Part shown: positions 1 to 14,080 of the stretch, in pieces
How positions within the stretch are numbered: the stretch's first letter is position 1
Layout: the number at the start of each line of letters is the position of its first letter
Notes under the pieces: model-generated
What the model saw: only the letters and a program-made list of their open reading frames with translations
The model's database searches: none
What the model was told of the DNA's origin: nothing
Assembly (NCBI GenBank): GCA_964016885.1
Contig: OZ024760.1
Coordinates: forward strand, 29,202,001 to 29,266,000
Length of the DNA stretch: 64,000 nt
Direction: 5' to 3'
From: Eledone cirrhosa
Taxonomy: Eukaryota
Position numbers and translations under genes: made by a program

Positions 1-270
1 TGGAAGGAACCATTTAAAATGGTTTGATTTGTTACAACATAAAACAGAGGTCAGTTTGGGGGTAGGTTGGTATCAAAAGGGTTAACCCTTTGTTACAACA
101 TAAAACTGGGGTCAATTTTGGGTAGGCTGCTATCAAAAGGGTTAACCCTTTGTTACAACATAAAACTGGGGGTTAATTTGGGGTAGGCTGCTATCAAAAG
201 GGTTAACTCTTTGTTACAACATAAAACTGGGATCAATTTAGGGTAGGTTGGTATCAAAAGGGTTAACTAA
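1..270. repeat. About 61-bp tandem repeat ending in AAAAGGGTTAA (piggyBac-like MITE terminus amplified)
   Basis: 4 units; TTAACCCT termini also at about 21459 and 61490. Confidence 0.55.
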
Positions 271-1125
271 TACTTACAACACATATTTCTAATGAAATAC
301 ACTTATTTGGATTAATTAATTAATCAAGAATTTGGTGTGATTTATTAAAATTATTAACTATTTCATTATTAATAAAATACAAACACAAATATAATACACA
401 AAAACATAAAGTAACATAGAGAAAAAAGGGAGACAATTCAGGACAATTGGTCCCACATCCCATCATCAGGGTTAACTAAACACTTTGAGGCAATACAATC
501 ACAGCCCCTTCCTCACCCACAGTATAATCTTTACTGACTCCTGGCAGGTCTGTAGACACAGGGTTTCAAACCACTGCATTATATATTATACACCTTAGCA
601 CATGTATATATATAGATATATATACATGTACTATACACCCTAGTTCATCTCTTCTTCTTTTTCTTCTTCTTTTTCTTCTTTTTCTTCTTTTTCTTCTTCT
701 TCATCTCTTCTTTTTCATCTTCTTCTTCTCCTGTTTCTCCTTTTTCTTTTGCCTTTTTCTTCTTCTTCTTCTTCTTCTTCTTCTTCTTCTTCTTCTTCTT
801 CTTCTTCCATTTCTATTATTATTATATATGTTTGTTCTATTGAATGCATGTTAAAATTACAAACTATATCTGCTTTCCATGTAAAATATTAAATGCTTAT
901 GTATGAAATATTCTAAATTTTATTTAGTTTTTTTCTCTTAAACTTTTTTTTACCAAATATTTAGGGTATAAAACGATAGTGTAGAGTTACATTAACACAG
1001 ACATATATATATTTATTTACACACACATATATATACACACACACACATATTTATTACACACATATATATACACACACACACACATATATATATATTTATT
1101 TACACACATATATATACACACACAG

Positions 1126-1212
<87 letters not shown>

Positions 1213-1296
1213 TATATATAGAGAGATAGTCCAGAAATATACACACAGACACATATATATACATACATATATATATATACACACAGACACATATAT

Positions 1297-1353
<57 letters not shown>

Positions 1354-2039
1354 CACACAGATATATATACACACACATACACATATATATATATTTACAC
1401 ACATATACATACACACACACACACACATATATATATATAGAGATAGTCCAGAAATAGCCGTCGAAACAGCTTGGGCTCTGCCGTCGTCGGGGTCATACTT
1501 TTTCCTATATATATATAGATAGATACACAAACACACACACATATATATATATATTTACACACACATACACACACATATATATATATAGAGATATGAAATA
1601 AATTGCAACTTTTACCTTAAACTATTTCCTATAAACACAGTGTGTATATATTTAGCTCTAACTAAAATATAGGGAGAGTTGTTTAAGTTACTTTCCCTCT
1701 TTAGTTATCAACATTTTCATATTTTAGAAAGCAAACCTATTTTCACAATCAGCCTCAAAGATACAACATTTTGGTTTTTAAATATTTGTTCTACATTGGT
1801 TGAAAAACAAATGTAAATATTTCTAAAACAATGCTATATGTATAGCAGGGTATGTATATATATATATATATATATATAAATTGAAATTCTATAGTACGAT
1901 ATCTGTGTATATATATATATATATATATATAAGTTAAGGAAACACAAAACGAACAAATAAGATGATGCTATAACATAGAGTGAATTATTTTCACGCTATA
2001 TATATATATATATATATACATACATATATATATATATAT

Positions 2040-2161
<122 letters not shown>

Positions 2162-2590
2162 GTATATATATATATATGTTAAACGTTGATGATGATGATG
2201 ATGATGATATATATATACGTACATATATATACTTATATATATATATAAACATATACATATATATATGTATATATATATATATAAATTACCAATCTGTGAA
2301 ATTATTTAGTCATTATTTTCCCTTAAACCTTTCCTACCATAAAGAACTTCCACAATGTTTATGTTAATACTATATGTAATTATTGTGGGGTGTATTTTGC
2401 ACAAAATTATAAGAAATTTCCGCATTTTTTTTAGACTGTGAATAAAAAACATAGAAATATGATAAAGTAGGTTTTAACTGAAAACAACGTTACTGAATAT
2501 AAATATATTCCCAGTAAAGGAAACCAAACTAATATGAACAAAACTATTTTTATGTTGTTTTCTGAGAAAATATTCTAAACTAGAAATAAT

Positions 2591-2770
2591 TGTTTCTACT
2601 TTTGACACAAGGCCAGCAATTATCCCAGTACATTACTGGTACTTTATTTTATCGATCCCGTAAGGATAAAAGGCAAAGTTAACCTCGGCGGGATTTGAAC
2701 TCAGAATGGCAAGGGCCGTAACTCTGTCAAAGCTGCCGTCGGATCCTCTACCGATCCTGACATTCACCAC
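2591..2770 (-). mobile_element. tRNA-derived SINE family A; further copies at about 10538-10732, 10736-10935, 13203-13310, 16790-16990, 17008-17200, 21657-21844, 21975-22183, 22560-22690, 23360-23520, 28026-28212, 30331-30518, 41695-41765, 60028-60225
   Basis: A box TGGCAGxATCGG, B box GAGTTCAAATCC, core ttgcctttcatccttacggggtcgataaaataaagtacc, (ATT)n tail; this copy has TSD attctaaactagaaataat. Confidence 0.85.
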
Positions 2771-3274
2771 ATTCTAAACTAGAAATAATGTAAATAATAC
2801 TCTCTCATACATACATGTATATCATCATCATCATTTTACGTCCGCTTTTCCCTGCTTGCAAGGGTGGGACGGGAACTGATTCTGGCTTGATTTCTACAGC
2901 TGGATGCCCTTCCTAACACCAACCTCATTTACAGTGAGTGCTGGGTGCTTTTTTTGCCGTGGCACCTCCACGACCACTTTGCAGTTGTAGAAATGTTGCT
3001 TTTTTTGCCGTGGCACCTCCACGACCACTTTGCAGCTGTAGAAATGAGATGATAGGGACCCCTGTCCCTATCATCTCATTTCTACAGCTGAGTAAACTGG
3101 AGCAATGTGAAATAAAGTGTCTTGCTCAAGGAAACAACACATCACCCGGTCTGAGAATTGAACTCACAATCTTTCGATTGCAAAGCCAATGCTCTAACCA
3201 CTAAGCCATGTGCCTCCATCTCCATTTATATATATATATTTATATATATAAATGCCTCCATCTCTCTCTCTCTC

Positions 3275-3306
<32 letters not shown>

Positions 3307-4189
3307 CAATATATTAATAAATGGAAACTATATTTACAAAACCATAATTATTTTATTATATATATTTCAAGGGCATCCAAGGCAAATTTTGGTGCGCTTT
3401 CATCAAATAAAATACAAATTTGTTTTATAAATATTGACATACCCGCATAAAGACAACCTTAACGGTTGAGGTTCGTGAAAAGGGAGTAAGGTTCTATACA
3501 AAACAAGGGTTATAGAGAAACGGTGGAATTGGAAATAGCACGGAAAATATATTTAAGGATCTGTTTTTCTTTTTATATATCTATCTATCTATATATATAT
3601 ATATATATACACACACATGTATATGTATGTGTGTGTGTGTTTGTATATATTTGTATGTATTGACGAAGGACTGTGACAAGTGGAGAGATGGTGTGCTGAA
3701 TAGGACCTGTCCCACCCTTGCAAGCAGGGAAAAGTGGGTGTAAAATGATGATGATATGAATGTGTGTGTGTGTTTTTATATATATATTTGTATGTATGAA
3801 TATGTGTGTGTGTGTGTAATACATACGCACACACAAACACACACACACTCACATATATATTTGCTGACATGGCTAAAATATAATTTTAAAGCTAAACAAC
3901 TTCTCAGTGTTTTTCGCAAATGCCATGTTTAGATTCAACATGGTTGAATGGTTAAGAAGTTTGCTTCATAACCTTGAGAATGTGAGTTCCATCTTCATGT
4001 CAGCCAACTTGGGAAAGTGGGTTTTACCTTAGCTTCAAGTCCATCAGAACCTTTGGAGTGAAGTAGGGTAGATGGAACCTGTTTGGAAGCTTATCATCAA
4101 ATGGACTGTACTTGTAATTCAAAGGACCAGCCTTGTCACATACACTGTGTCATGCTGAATCTCCCTGAGAATTATGCTTCTTCTTATCA

Positions 4190-4860
4190 TGTCCACTAGA
4201 GTGTCAGTTACAAAGCTTGGTTCCACCACAGCTGAACACATTGCTGTCCTTGTGTCCACAAGAATGTCAGTTACAAAGCTTGGCTAGATGTGGTTCCACC
4301 ACAGCTGAACACATTGCTGTCCTTTCTCATTAAAATCTGCCAAGTCTAATACTGTGCAGGAGTGTTCCAGCAGGGGACATATTAGGAAGGGCTGCGTAGT
4401 CTGTGGTTTGATGCCGCAGTCACACACAACGTCCCCATCCGTTAAATATCCCCATTTTGCCAGATTGGTTTTTGCATGACCAACACCAGATCTTAATTTG
4501 TTGAGGCATTTCCACACTGCATAATTTGTATCTGCTCCAGGGTGCAGTGTCTCACTCACCTTTAGCTCCATTGTTGTTACAGATGGGAGATTAAGTTTTT
4601 CTTCCCAACGAGTGACTCTTTCACTACTTATGCTTGATGTTCCAAGGGGTGTGATGCTCCTTAGGGAACTTTTCCTGGATTTAAGGTAGCTTTTGGCCGA
4701 AGAGATGATATTTTTTATCTGTAGTCTGTTGTTGACGCTCTTTCTTGCTTGCTGCCTTTTGTCGTATCTTTGGTGGGGCTATGACTGCCAGGATATACAG
4801 ACTTTCCATAGGTGTAGATGTCAGGCAGCCTGCTAAATATTCACATATCTGTGTACTTAA
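4190..4860 (-). mobile_element. Non-LTR retrotransposon C-terminal fragment (ingi/Vingi- or I-group-like)
   Basis: LAVIAPPKIRQ and WKCLNKLRSGVGHAKTNLAKWG...CDCG...T..FLICP zinc-knuckle-like tail; clade assignment from memory. Confidence 0.6.
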
Positions 4861-4939
4861 ACTGTAATACAAGATGGACTGTACCTGTAATACAAAGGGT
4901 CAGTCTTGCTACACACTGTATCATGCTGATTTGACTAGG

Positions 4940-5760
4940 GTATTATATTAGGGTACACATTGACTGGAATTACATAAGGTACACATTGTCTGTGGAATTA
5001 CATTAGGGTACACACTGTCTGTGGAATTACATTAGTGAACACATTGTCTGTGGAATTACATTAGGGTACACATTGTCTGTGGAATTACATTAGGGTACAC
5101 ACTGTCTGTGGAATTACATTAGGGTACACACTGTCTGTGGAATTACATTAAGGTACACACTTCCTGGGAATTAAGGGTACACATTGTCTGTGGAATTACA
5201 TTGGGTACACACTGTCTGTGGAATTACATTAGGGTACACATTGTCTGTGGAATTACATTAGGGTACACACTCTCTGTGGAATTACATTGGGGTACACACT
5301 GTCTGTGGAATTACATTAGGGTACACACTGTCTGTGGAATTACATTAAGGTACACACTGTCTGTGGAATTACATTAAGGTACACACTTCCTGGGAATTAA
5401 GGGTACACATTGTCTGTGGAATTACATTGGGTACACACTGTCTGTGGAATTACATTAGGGTACACATTGTCTGTGGAATTACATTAGGGTACACACTCTC
5501 TGTGGAATTACATTGGGGTACACACTGTCTGTGGAATTACATTAGGGTACACACTGTCTGTGGAATTACATTAAGGTACACACTGTCTGTGGAATTACAT
5601 TAAGGTACACACTTCCTGGGAATTAAGGGTACACATTGTCTGTGGAATTACATTAGGTACACACTGTCTGTGGAATGATATTAAGGTAGTCACTGTCTGT
5701 GGAATTAAGGGTACACACTGTCTCTGGAATTCTATTAGGGTACACATTGACTGTGGAATA
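4940..5760. repeat. 29-bp minisatellite (gggtacacactgtctgtggaattacatta)
   Basis: Direct inspection. Confidence 0.95.
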
Positions 5761-6268
5761 CTCAGCCACTCACATTATAATACAAGATAGACTGTACCTG
5801 TAATTCAAATGGCCAGTTTTATCACACAGTGTCAATGTGAATTATGTTAACCATTTAACATTCAAACTGGCCATATCCGGTCAAACTGACCACAATAGGC
5901 CACTCACACCAACATTAAGATACCATTCTAAAAACACAACAACAACACCAATAACATCATTAAAATCTCAGTAGATTCGAGATTATGTGAGATGAAGTCT
6001 TTTACAGTGGAAATACAATAGTAAATATGTATAGTAATATAAATGATAATGGGTTAAGAGTACACGTGTCTGTAGAATATTTGACCACTTATTAACCATT
6101 AATTTAACAAGTTAGCCACACCATGGAACATTCATTGCTGAAACCAACGCCACGAAGGTCAATTTATCTTTTTTTTATGTTCTTGCTTAAAACTCTGTTT
6201 TTCTCTTCTCTTTCTTCCATATGAGTTATTTGTTTTTCTTTCTTTACTTCTATTTTGGCTTCAACAAA

Positions 6269-6303
<35 letters not shown>

Positions 6304-6308
6304 TTATA

Positions 6309-6368
<60 letters not shown>

Positions 6369-6589
6369 TATATTTATTTATATGTATATATATATACATT
6401 TATATCATCATCATCATGTATATATATATATATATATATTCAGATATTTATTTATATGTATATATGTATATATATTTATATAGATATATAGATATATTTT
6501 TTTTATTCTTGTGCATGCTGTTGACATCTTTGAAAACTTTTGTGCATGTTTCTATTCTCGATGTTGTCTTCTATGTTTCTTGCCTGCAG

Positions 6590-6878
6590 ATCCTGTCCTT
6601 ATATGCACCACTAGTTCCACTGAACTCTGCACATAACATTTCCAACTCTGCAGTCCCCTCATCATCATCATCATCATTATTATCATCACCATGTGAATCA
6701 CCACCTCTACTATCACCATCTCCATCACCACCACCACATTCACCACTGTTGACTGTTGCTGCTAGTACTGCTGCTACTACTACTGAGGCTATTGTTGATG
6801 TTGATGTTGATATTGATGCTGATGTTGATGTTGATGCTGATGTTGATGCTTATGTAACTTCTGAGCAGCAAGATTTGC

Positions 6879-6912
<34 letters not shown>

Positions 6913-7549
6913 TGCTGCTGCTGTGTTTGAACCAACTGCTAGCTTGGCGGAGAATTATCAGGTGGCAGAGATTTTGGAGTTTAGCAAAGAAAGTGATGTA
7001 ATTGCAGAGTTGTCAGACACAATTGAACCAGAACCTTTACAACAGGAGACCCACTATTCATATTCACCACCTCTACTAGAACCACAACTACTACTACAAC
7101 AACAACAACTACCACAGAACACTAGTCTGCTTACACAATCTGTGAAACCTGCCATCCCTCCGAAACCTACTGAAATTAATTTAGGACCTTTCAAGTCCCG
7201 AAACTTGATCCGTGAGGACAGCTTCTATAAGGATGAAGAGATTTTATTGGCTAGGGTTGCACAATCTAACTTGAGGTCACCGACTTCTGTGCCATATGAT
7301 AGTTTTGAGGAGGTGAAATCAAGCAAAACTGATGTCAACTTACTGACTAAACACTCAGAATCTGAGTTTCTTGAATTCCCCGATGACAGTATCTCTAAAG
7401 CTCAGCAGGCTTCGTTAGCTTTAAATCTTGTTGATAATGAGACAAAAGCTTCATTAGATAAAGACAGCTTTCCTTTATCCCAATTTGGTGATGCACTTTC
7501 TCAGTCTATTCACACAGTTGATGGGGAACAGGAATTATGCAAAGCAAAG
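6590..7549 (+). CDS. MPDZ: Multiple PDZ domain protein, large low-complexity linker exon (phase 0-0; [10 protein letters not shown]...EQELCKAK)
   Basis: Acceptor ttcttgcctgcag at 6577-6589, donor AAG|gtact at 7549/7550, 960 nt open frame, phase matches the next exon. The 5' boundary is less certain than the 3' one. Confidence 0.7.
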
Positions 7550-7737
7550 GTACTAAATTTTATTCAATTTTCATAGTTTTCTTTTGTAAATGACGAAAAA
7601 AAAATACAAAATACAAAATAATGAAGAAATAGTAATTGGTAAATTTCTTTTATTTTATTCTTTTTTCTCTTGGTTTATTTGTCTCACTGAAATTGATTTT
7701 ATGTATATGTATATTTGAGCTGTAATAATTAAATGTA

Positions 7738-7906
7738 CCATATTTCCCAGCGTCGAAGACGCTACTTTTTTCCTAAAATAAGTCTCAAAAATCTACCATG
7801 CGTCTTGGGATGCCGAAGGTTGTTTATTATTTATTTTCAAATTTTTGGTTGTCAAAATTAGGGTGCGTCATCGAGGACGAAGTATCTTTGGTGCCGGGAA
7901 ATACAG
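7738..7906. mobile_element. Tc1/mariner-pogo type MITE
   Basis: TA|CCATATTTCCCAGCG...GCCGGGAAATACAG|TA inverted termini; second copy at 21552-21924. Confidence 0.7.
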
Positions 7907-8497
7907 TATATGTTATGATACAATGGACTTTTGACATTCATGTGGGCCTTTGGTATCTTCACCTGTCTAGGGCAAAGTCAACTCTATTGTAACCTTTCTT
8001 ACCATGTCTCTATCCTGAAGACAATGCAACCCTTCTTACGGTATTTCCAATGAAATACACTATAGTTGAATTAATTCATGAAGAGTTTGGAGAAATTTAC
8101 TGAAATTATTAATTATTTCATTAAAATGGCATTTATAATGTAGTGGAGGGCGCATGGCGTAGTGGTAAGTGTGTTGGACTTATGATCGTAATGTCGTGGG
8201 TTTGATTCCTGGACTGGGTTGTATGTTGTGTTCTTGGACAAAACACTTTATTTCATGTTGCTCCAGTATACTCAGAGGAAAATGAGTACCAGCAGTAGCT
8301 GGGAGTTACCCCTGTGATGGACTGGCATCCTATCCTGGGGGAGTCTTGTGCTCTGTCACCATGAAAACCAGGATAAGCACCGGCCTGATGAGACCCCATG
8401 TTTGAGACAGACTTTTAACTTTAGATTTATAATATAACTCAACAAAAGTTTCTTATATTCTATGTTGGACGATATTTATTGAAATAAGAGCCCATTA

Positions 8498-8885
8498 AAA
8501 TGTTTGGTTATAGAACCCTTTGAAATGGGTGGTCATAGAACCTTTTGAAATGTTTGGTCATAGAACCCTTTGAAATGGGTGGTCATAGAACCCTTTGAAA
8601 TGGGTGGTCATAGAACCCTTTGAAATGTTTGGTCATAGAACCCTTTGAAATGTTTGGTCTTAGAACCCTTTGAAATGTTTGGTCTTAGAACCCTTTGAAA
8701 TGTTTGGTCATAGAACCCTTTGAAATGGGTGGTCATAGAACCCTTTGAAATGGGTGGTCATAGAACCCTTTGAAATGGGTGGTGATAGAACCCTTTGAAA
8801 TGTTTGGTCATAGAACCCTTTGAAATGTTTGGTCATAGAACCCTTTGAAATGGATGGTCATAGAACCCTTTGAAATGGGTGGTTC
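8498..8885. repeat. 25-bp minisatellite (catagaaccctttgaaatgggtggt)
   Basis: Direct inspection. Confidence 0.95.
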
Positions 8886-9129
8886 CTTTTTATAGAACCA
8901 GAGGCAGTCTTGGACAGGCTGGTATGTCTCTCTCTCTCACACACACTCACACATACACACACCCACACACTCACACATACACTCACACACACTCTCTCTC
9001 TCTCTCTCACTCACATACACACACACACGGCTGTTATTCAGATTTCTATATCAAGCAGTGATACAGAACTCTAATTAAAGTGAAAGTAGGTTGCAATCAC
9101 AGAAAAAATTTCTACCTGGATTAAAATCT

Positions 9130-9752
9130 ATAGTTATGATGGCTTCGGGCTGATGAAAGCCTTTTGCCAGTGAAATTTGGTTTAGTTATGATGGCTTCGG
9201 GCTGATGAAAGCCTTTTGCCAGTGAAATCTGCTTTAGTTATGATGGCTTCGGGTTGATGAAAGACTTTTGCCAGTGAAATCTGCTTTAGTTATGATGGCT
9301 TCAGGTTGATGAAAGACTTTTGCCAGTGAAATCTGCTTTAGTTATGATGGCTTCGGGTTGATGAAAGCCTTTTGCCAGTGAAATCTGCTTTAGTTATGAT
9401 GGCTTCGGGTTGATGAAAGCCTTTTGCCAGTGAAATCTGCTTTAGTTATGATGGCTTCGGGTTGATGCTATACTTTTGCCAGTGAAATCTGCTTTAGTTA
9501 TGATGGCTTCGGGTTGATGCTATACTTTTGCCAGTGAAATCTGCTTTAGTTATGATGGCTTCAGGCTGATGAAAGACTTTTGCCAGTGAAATCTGCTTTA
9601 GTTATGATGGCTTCAGGCTGATGAAAGCCTTTTGAAAGTGAAATCTGCTTTAGTTATGATGGCTTCAGGCAGATGAAAGACTTTTGCCAGTGAAATCTGC
9701 TTTAGTTATGATGGCTTCAGGCAGATGAAAGACTTTTGCCAGTGAAATCTGT
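9130..9752. repeat. 52-bp minisatellite
   Basis: About 12 units of ttagttatgatggcttcgggttgatgaaagccttttgccagtgaaatctgct. Confidence 0.95.
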
Positions 9753-11489
9753 TAGATAAAACTGTGCAGAAGCTCATTGAATCTATGTAAGTGTTCTTAT
9801 CTTCTGCTGAGCCATATTAGTGTGAAATGTAAACCAGGTGAAAAAGAAAAAAATTTGTGTTTATTGAAATGAAGTCCCTTATGATATTTGTTCTGTTACT
9901 AGTTACACAGAGTTTCCCTTGGCAATCTTTTCTACTGCCTTATTGTTTGAAAACCAATCAACAACTAGTTGGCATGTTGACCCAATGCTTAACCCAATGA
10001 AATATTGACCTATAACCAATAAAGCTACAGTTCACCAGGATATGAGATATATAATTAAGTAAAATATATGTGCTAGGCCAGAGAGACAGAAATCATTAAT
10101 TGGTCCTCCTATTAAATTATAAAACTGGAACAATCATTGCTATTTACTGATATTGTTATTGGCAAGTGGTATTGTGGAGTGGCGGTTGCAGGCCTCTTGG
10201 CAAACTTTGAATGAGTCAGGAATTCAGTGACTTTCCTTTTTTATCTCGTTAATGCCCTTGAGACACTTACCCCCATGACCACTCTACTACACCTCCTCTC
10301 CCCCATTACCACTCTACTCCATCCCCCCCCCATTACCACTCTACTACACCCCCTCCCCCATTACCACTCTACTACACCCCCTCCCTCCATTACCACTCCA
10401 CTACACCCCCTCCCCATTACCACCTCGTTATATGCCAAAATTAGAAATTGTCATCATCATCATCATCATGTTTCTATCTATCCAAATACACCCTCGCTTC
10501 CTCTTGATCAGAGACAACATTGTTTTAATATTATTTGGTTTGGCAGAATCGGTAGAGCGTCAAACGCCATGCTTTGCAGCATAGAGTTATGGCCCTTTAC
10601 GTTCTGGATTCAAATCCACCAAGGTCAACTTTCAATTTATCCTTACGGAGTCGATAAAATAAAGTACCAGTAATGTACCGAGGGTAATTGCTGGCCTTGT
10701 GCCAAAAGTAGAAGCAATTATTATTATTATTATTAGGGTGGTAGATTAATAGTATCGGTAGAGCGTCAGACCCCGTGCTTTGTGGCATAGAGTTACGGCC
10801 CCTTATGTTCTGAGTTCAAATCCCGCCGAGGTTAACTTTGCCTTTCATCCTAACGGGGTCGATAAAATAAAGTACCAGTAATACACTGGCGTCGATTTAA
10901 TCGTTGATCTTGTGCCTAAACCAGAAACCTTTATTACTGCCATTTATGTATAGACCTGAAACTGGCAGTCATTGGGACAGGAGATGGAATTCGGGTGGTC
11001 TTTTATTAAGGTCTCCCTCACCCCCTCTCTCTCTCCCTCCCCCTCTCTCTCTCTCCCTCCCCCTCTCTCTCTCTCCCTCCCCCCTCTCTCTCCCCTCTCT
11101 TTCTCCCCCCCCCCCCTTTTCTCCCCTCTCTATCCCTCTCTCCCTCTCTCTCCCTCTCTTTCTCTCTCTCTCTCTCTCTCTATCTCTTACTCTCTTTCTC
11201 TATCTATATATCTCCCCCTATCTACCCCCCCCCTCTCCGTCTCTCCACCCTGATTTCATATCACACTGAGGTCAACTTTGCCTTTTATCCTTTCGAGGTC
11301 AATAAAAAGAGGTACCAGTCTAATCCTGGGGTCAATTCCTCCTCTGTATCTCAACACAGACAACATTAACTGTCTGATCTTCTTGGTTGAAACCCATCCA
11401 AAATAAGCAGTATTTCTGATATCAATAAACGGGTTTTTTTTGGCATTTAGTCATGGTCAAGAGATAAAAGAGGTGTTTGGCCAATATGG

Positions 11490-12535
11490 CTGACTGGCTG
11501 GCTGGATGGTGGTTGGTTGACTGGCTAGGTGGCTGGTTGGGTGGTTGGTTGACTGGCTAGGTGGCTGGTTGGGTGGTTGGTTGACTGGCTAGGTGGCTGG
11601 TTGGGTGGTTGGTTGACTGGCTAGGTGGCTGGTTGGCTGGTTGGTTGACTGGCTAGGTGGCTGGTTGGTTGACTGGTTAGGTGGCTGGTTGGGTGGTTGG
11701 TTGACTGGTTAGGTGGATGGTTGGGTGGTTGGTTGACTGGCTAGGTGGCTGGTTGGTTGACTGGTTAGGTGGCTGGTTGGGTGGTTGGTTGACTGGTTAG
11801 GTGGATGGTTGGGTGGTTGGTTGACTGGCTAGGTGGCTGGTTGGTTGACTGGTTAGGTGGCTGGTTGGGTGGTTGGTTGACTGGTTAGGTGGTTGGTTGG
11901 TTGACTGGCTAGGTGGTTGGTTGGTTGACTGGCTAGGTGGCTGGTTGGCTGGTTGGTTGGTTGACTGGCTAGGTGGCTGGTTGGGTGGTTGGTTGACTGG
12001 CTGGTTGGCTGGTTGGTTGACTGGTTAGGTGGCTGGTTGGGTGGTTGGTTGGTTGACTGGCTAGGTGGCTGGTTGGCTGGTTGGTTGACTGGCTAGGTGG
12101 CTCGGTGGCTGGTTGGTTGACTGGTTAGGTGGCTGGTTGACTGGTTAGGTGGTTGGTTGGTTGACTGGCTAGGTGGCTGGTTGGCTGGTTGGTTGACTGG
12201 TTAGGTGGCTGGTTGGGTGGTTGGTTGGTTGACCGGCTAGGTGGCTGGTTGGGTGGTTGGTTGACTGGCTAGGTGGCTGGTTGGGTGGTTGGTTGACTGG
12301 CTAGGTGGCTGGTTGGGTCGTTGGTTGACTGGCTAGGTGGCTGGTTGGGTGGTTGGTTGGTTGACTGGCTAGGTGGCTGGTTGGGTGGTTGGTTGGTTGA
12401 CTGGCTAGGTGGCTGGTTGGGTGGTTGGTTGGTTGACTGGCTAGGTGGCTGGTCGGGTGGTTGGTTGGTTGACTGGTTAGGTGGCTGGTTGGGTGGTTGG
12501 TTGGTTAGCTGGCTGGTTGTTTGGCTGGTTGGCTG
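11490..12535. repeat. (TGGT/TGGC/TGAC)n tetranucleotide-based repeat
   Basis: Direct inspection. Confidence 0.95.
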
Positions 12536-12709
12536 GAATTTATATATCATACACACACCTATATATATATATGAAAAGATTCAGGACCCCAATGGCTGAG
12601 CTCCGGCCATTTCGACAGCTAGATCCGAACTGTGGTATCTTACGACACCTTCTTTGTTATATATATATATAATGTGTGTGTATGTATGTCTATGAATATA
12701 TATATTTAT

Positions 12710-12770
<61 letters not shown>

Positions 12771-13744
12771 TTATATATACAGAGAGAGAGAGGTGGAAGA
12801 GAAAGACTCCGGCAATATTGATTAGCGATAAACCTCTATTTTCTTTGGGGTACAATAAATACAAGATTGTTTTGCCCTCTATTGATTTGATTCTTATTAT
12901 GAAAACCAACACTTAAAAAAACATCTGTTTGTACATTTTAATATTATTGTTATTATTTTTGGCAATAAGTTAATGTGTTGAGATGTTTGAGGGGTAGGTG
13001 AGAGATTTTACTCTCAATGTCTTGTATAAAACTATATTAGCTAGACATTCTTCAAAAATACAACACAGCTGTACATGTTAGATTAAATGTTGAAGTTTTA
13101 TAATCTAATTTGAAGTCTAATAATGTAAATTTTCACAACAATCTGTCCATTAATAAAGATACTATAAACTTTTGAATGAACAAACCACATGAAACCACAT
13201 TATTCCCGCCGAGGTAAACTTGCCTTTCATCCTTACGGGGTTGATAAAATAAAGTACTAGTAATACACTGGGATAATTGCTGGCCTTGTGCCAAAAGAAG
13301 AAACAATTATTAAAACCTTCTTGAAAAATACAAAAAAGTGCTATGACTGCATCACATTAAAGATTAGTCTTAACTCTAAGACTGTAATTTTTCACAATAA
13401 TCTGTCCAGTTGTAAAGATTCTATAAAGTTTTGAATTGACAAACCACATTTACAAGACATTTTTGAAAAGTTACAAAACAGCACTGTGACTGTATCTCAT
13501 TAAATATTAGTCTTAACTCTAATACTGTAACTTTTCACAATGATCAGTCCACTACTATAGATACTATAAACATTTGAATTAGCAAACCTGTTTTTGTATA
13601 TTTCCTGATAAATCGTAACTGAATGTCAAGAGTTGGTAGCTAACTTATATACAAGACCGCAATTGGAGGCGCAGTCAGTTATATTCCTGAATCGAATTCT
13701 AACACAATATTTTTTTTAACGGAATTAATAATAATTATAATGAA

Positions 13745-14080
13745 AATTATTGTGTACAGTGCCCATGTGCACTAAAACTCATCAAAGGTGCATGTATAGT
13801 ACATAGAATAATGTACAAATGTCAGGAAAGTCATGATATACACAGATACATGCATGTGTGTGTATGGAGGGGGAATATCAGGTGTAGTGTTGGAGAATTT
13901 CAGGTAGCATGGAGGTTTTAAAGTATGCAGTGTCCCAACAGCTAACTGATGCAGGTAGTTTGTTCCATGCTTCAGCAACTCTGAGCATGAAAAAAATGCT
14001 TCCGAAAGTCATGGGAGCTGTGCTGTTTTCTGATTTTGTAAGCATGTCCACAGGTGTTAGACACATGGAATTCAAAAAGG
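13745..14080 (-). mobile_element. CR1-clade LINE 3' fragment (unamplified copy)
   Basis: FFMLRVAEAWNKLPASV..TAYFKTSM; same 3' UTR as the other two copies. Confidence 0.75.

Noticed and set aside
4940-5760. CRISPR-like regular repeats (also 8498-8885, 31185-31810, 43560-44293)
   Set aside because: Head-to-tail units without unique spacers, no cas genes, eukaryotic intron.
9130-9752. CTGATGA...GAAA inside the 52-bp minisatellite as a tandem hammerhead array
   Set aside because: Stems I-III do not pair, and many units read TTGATGA or CAGATGA; looks like an amplified repeat fragment.
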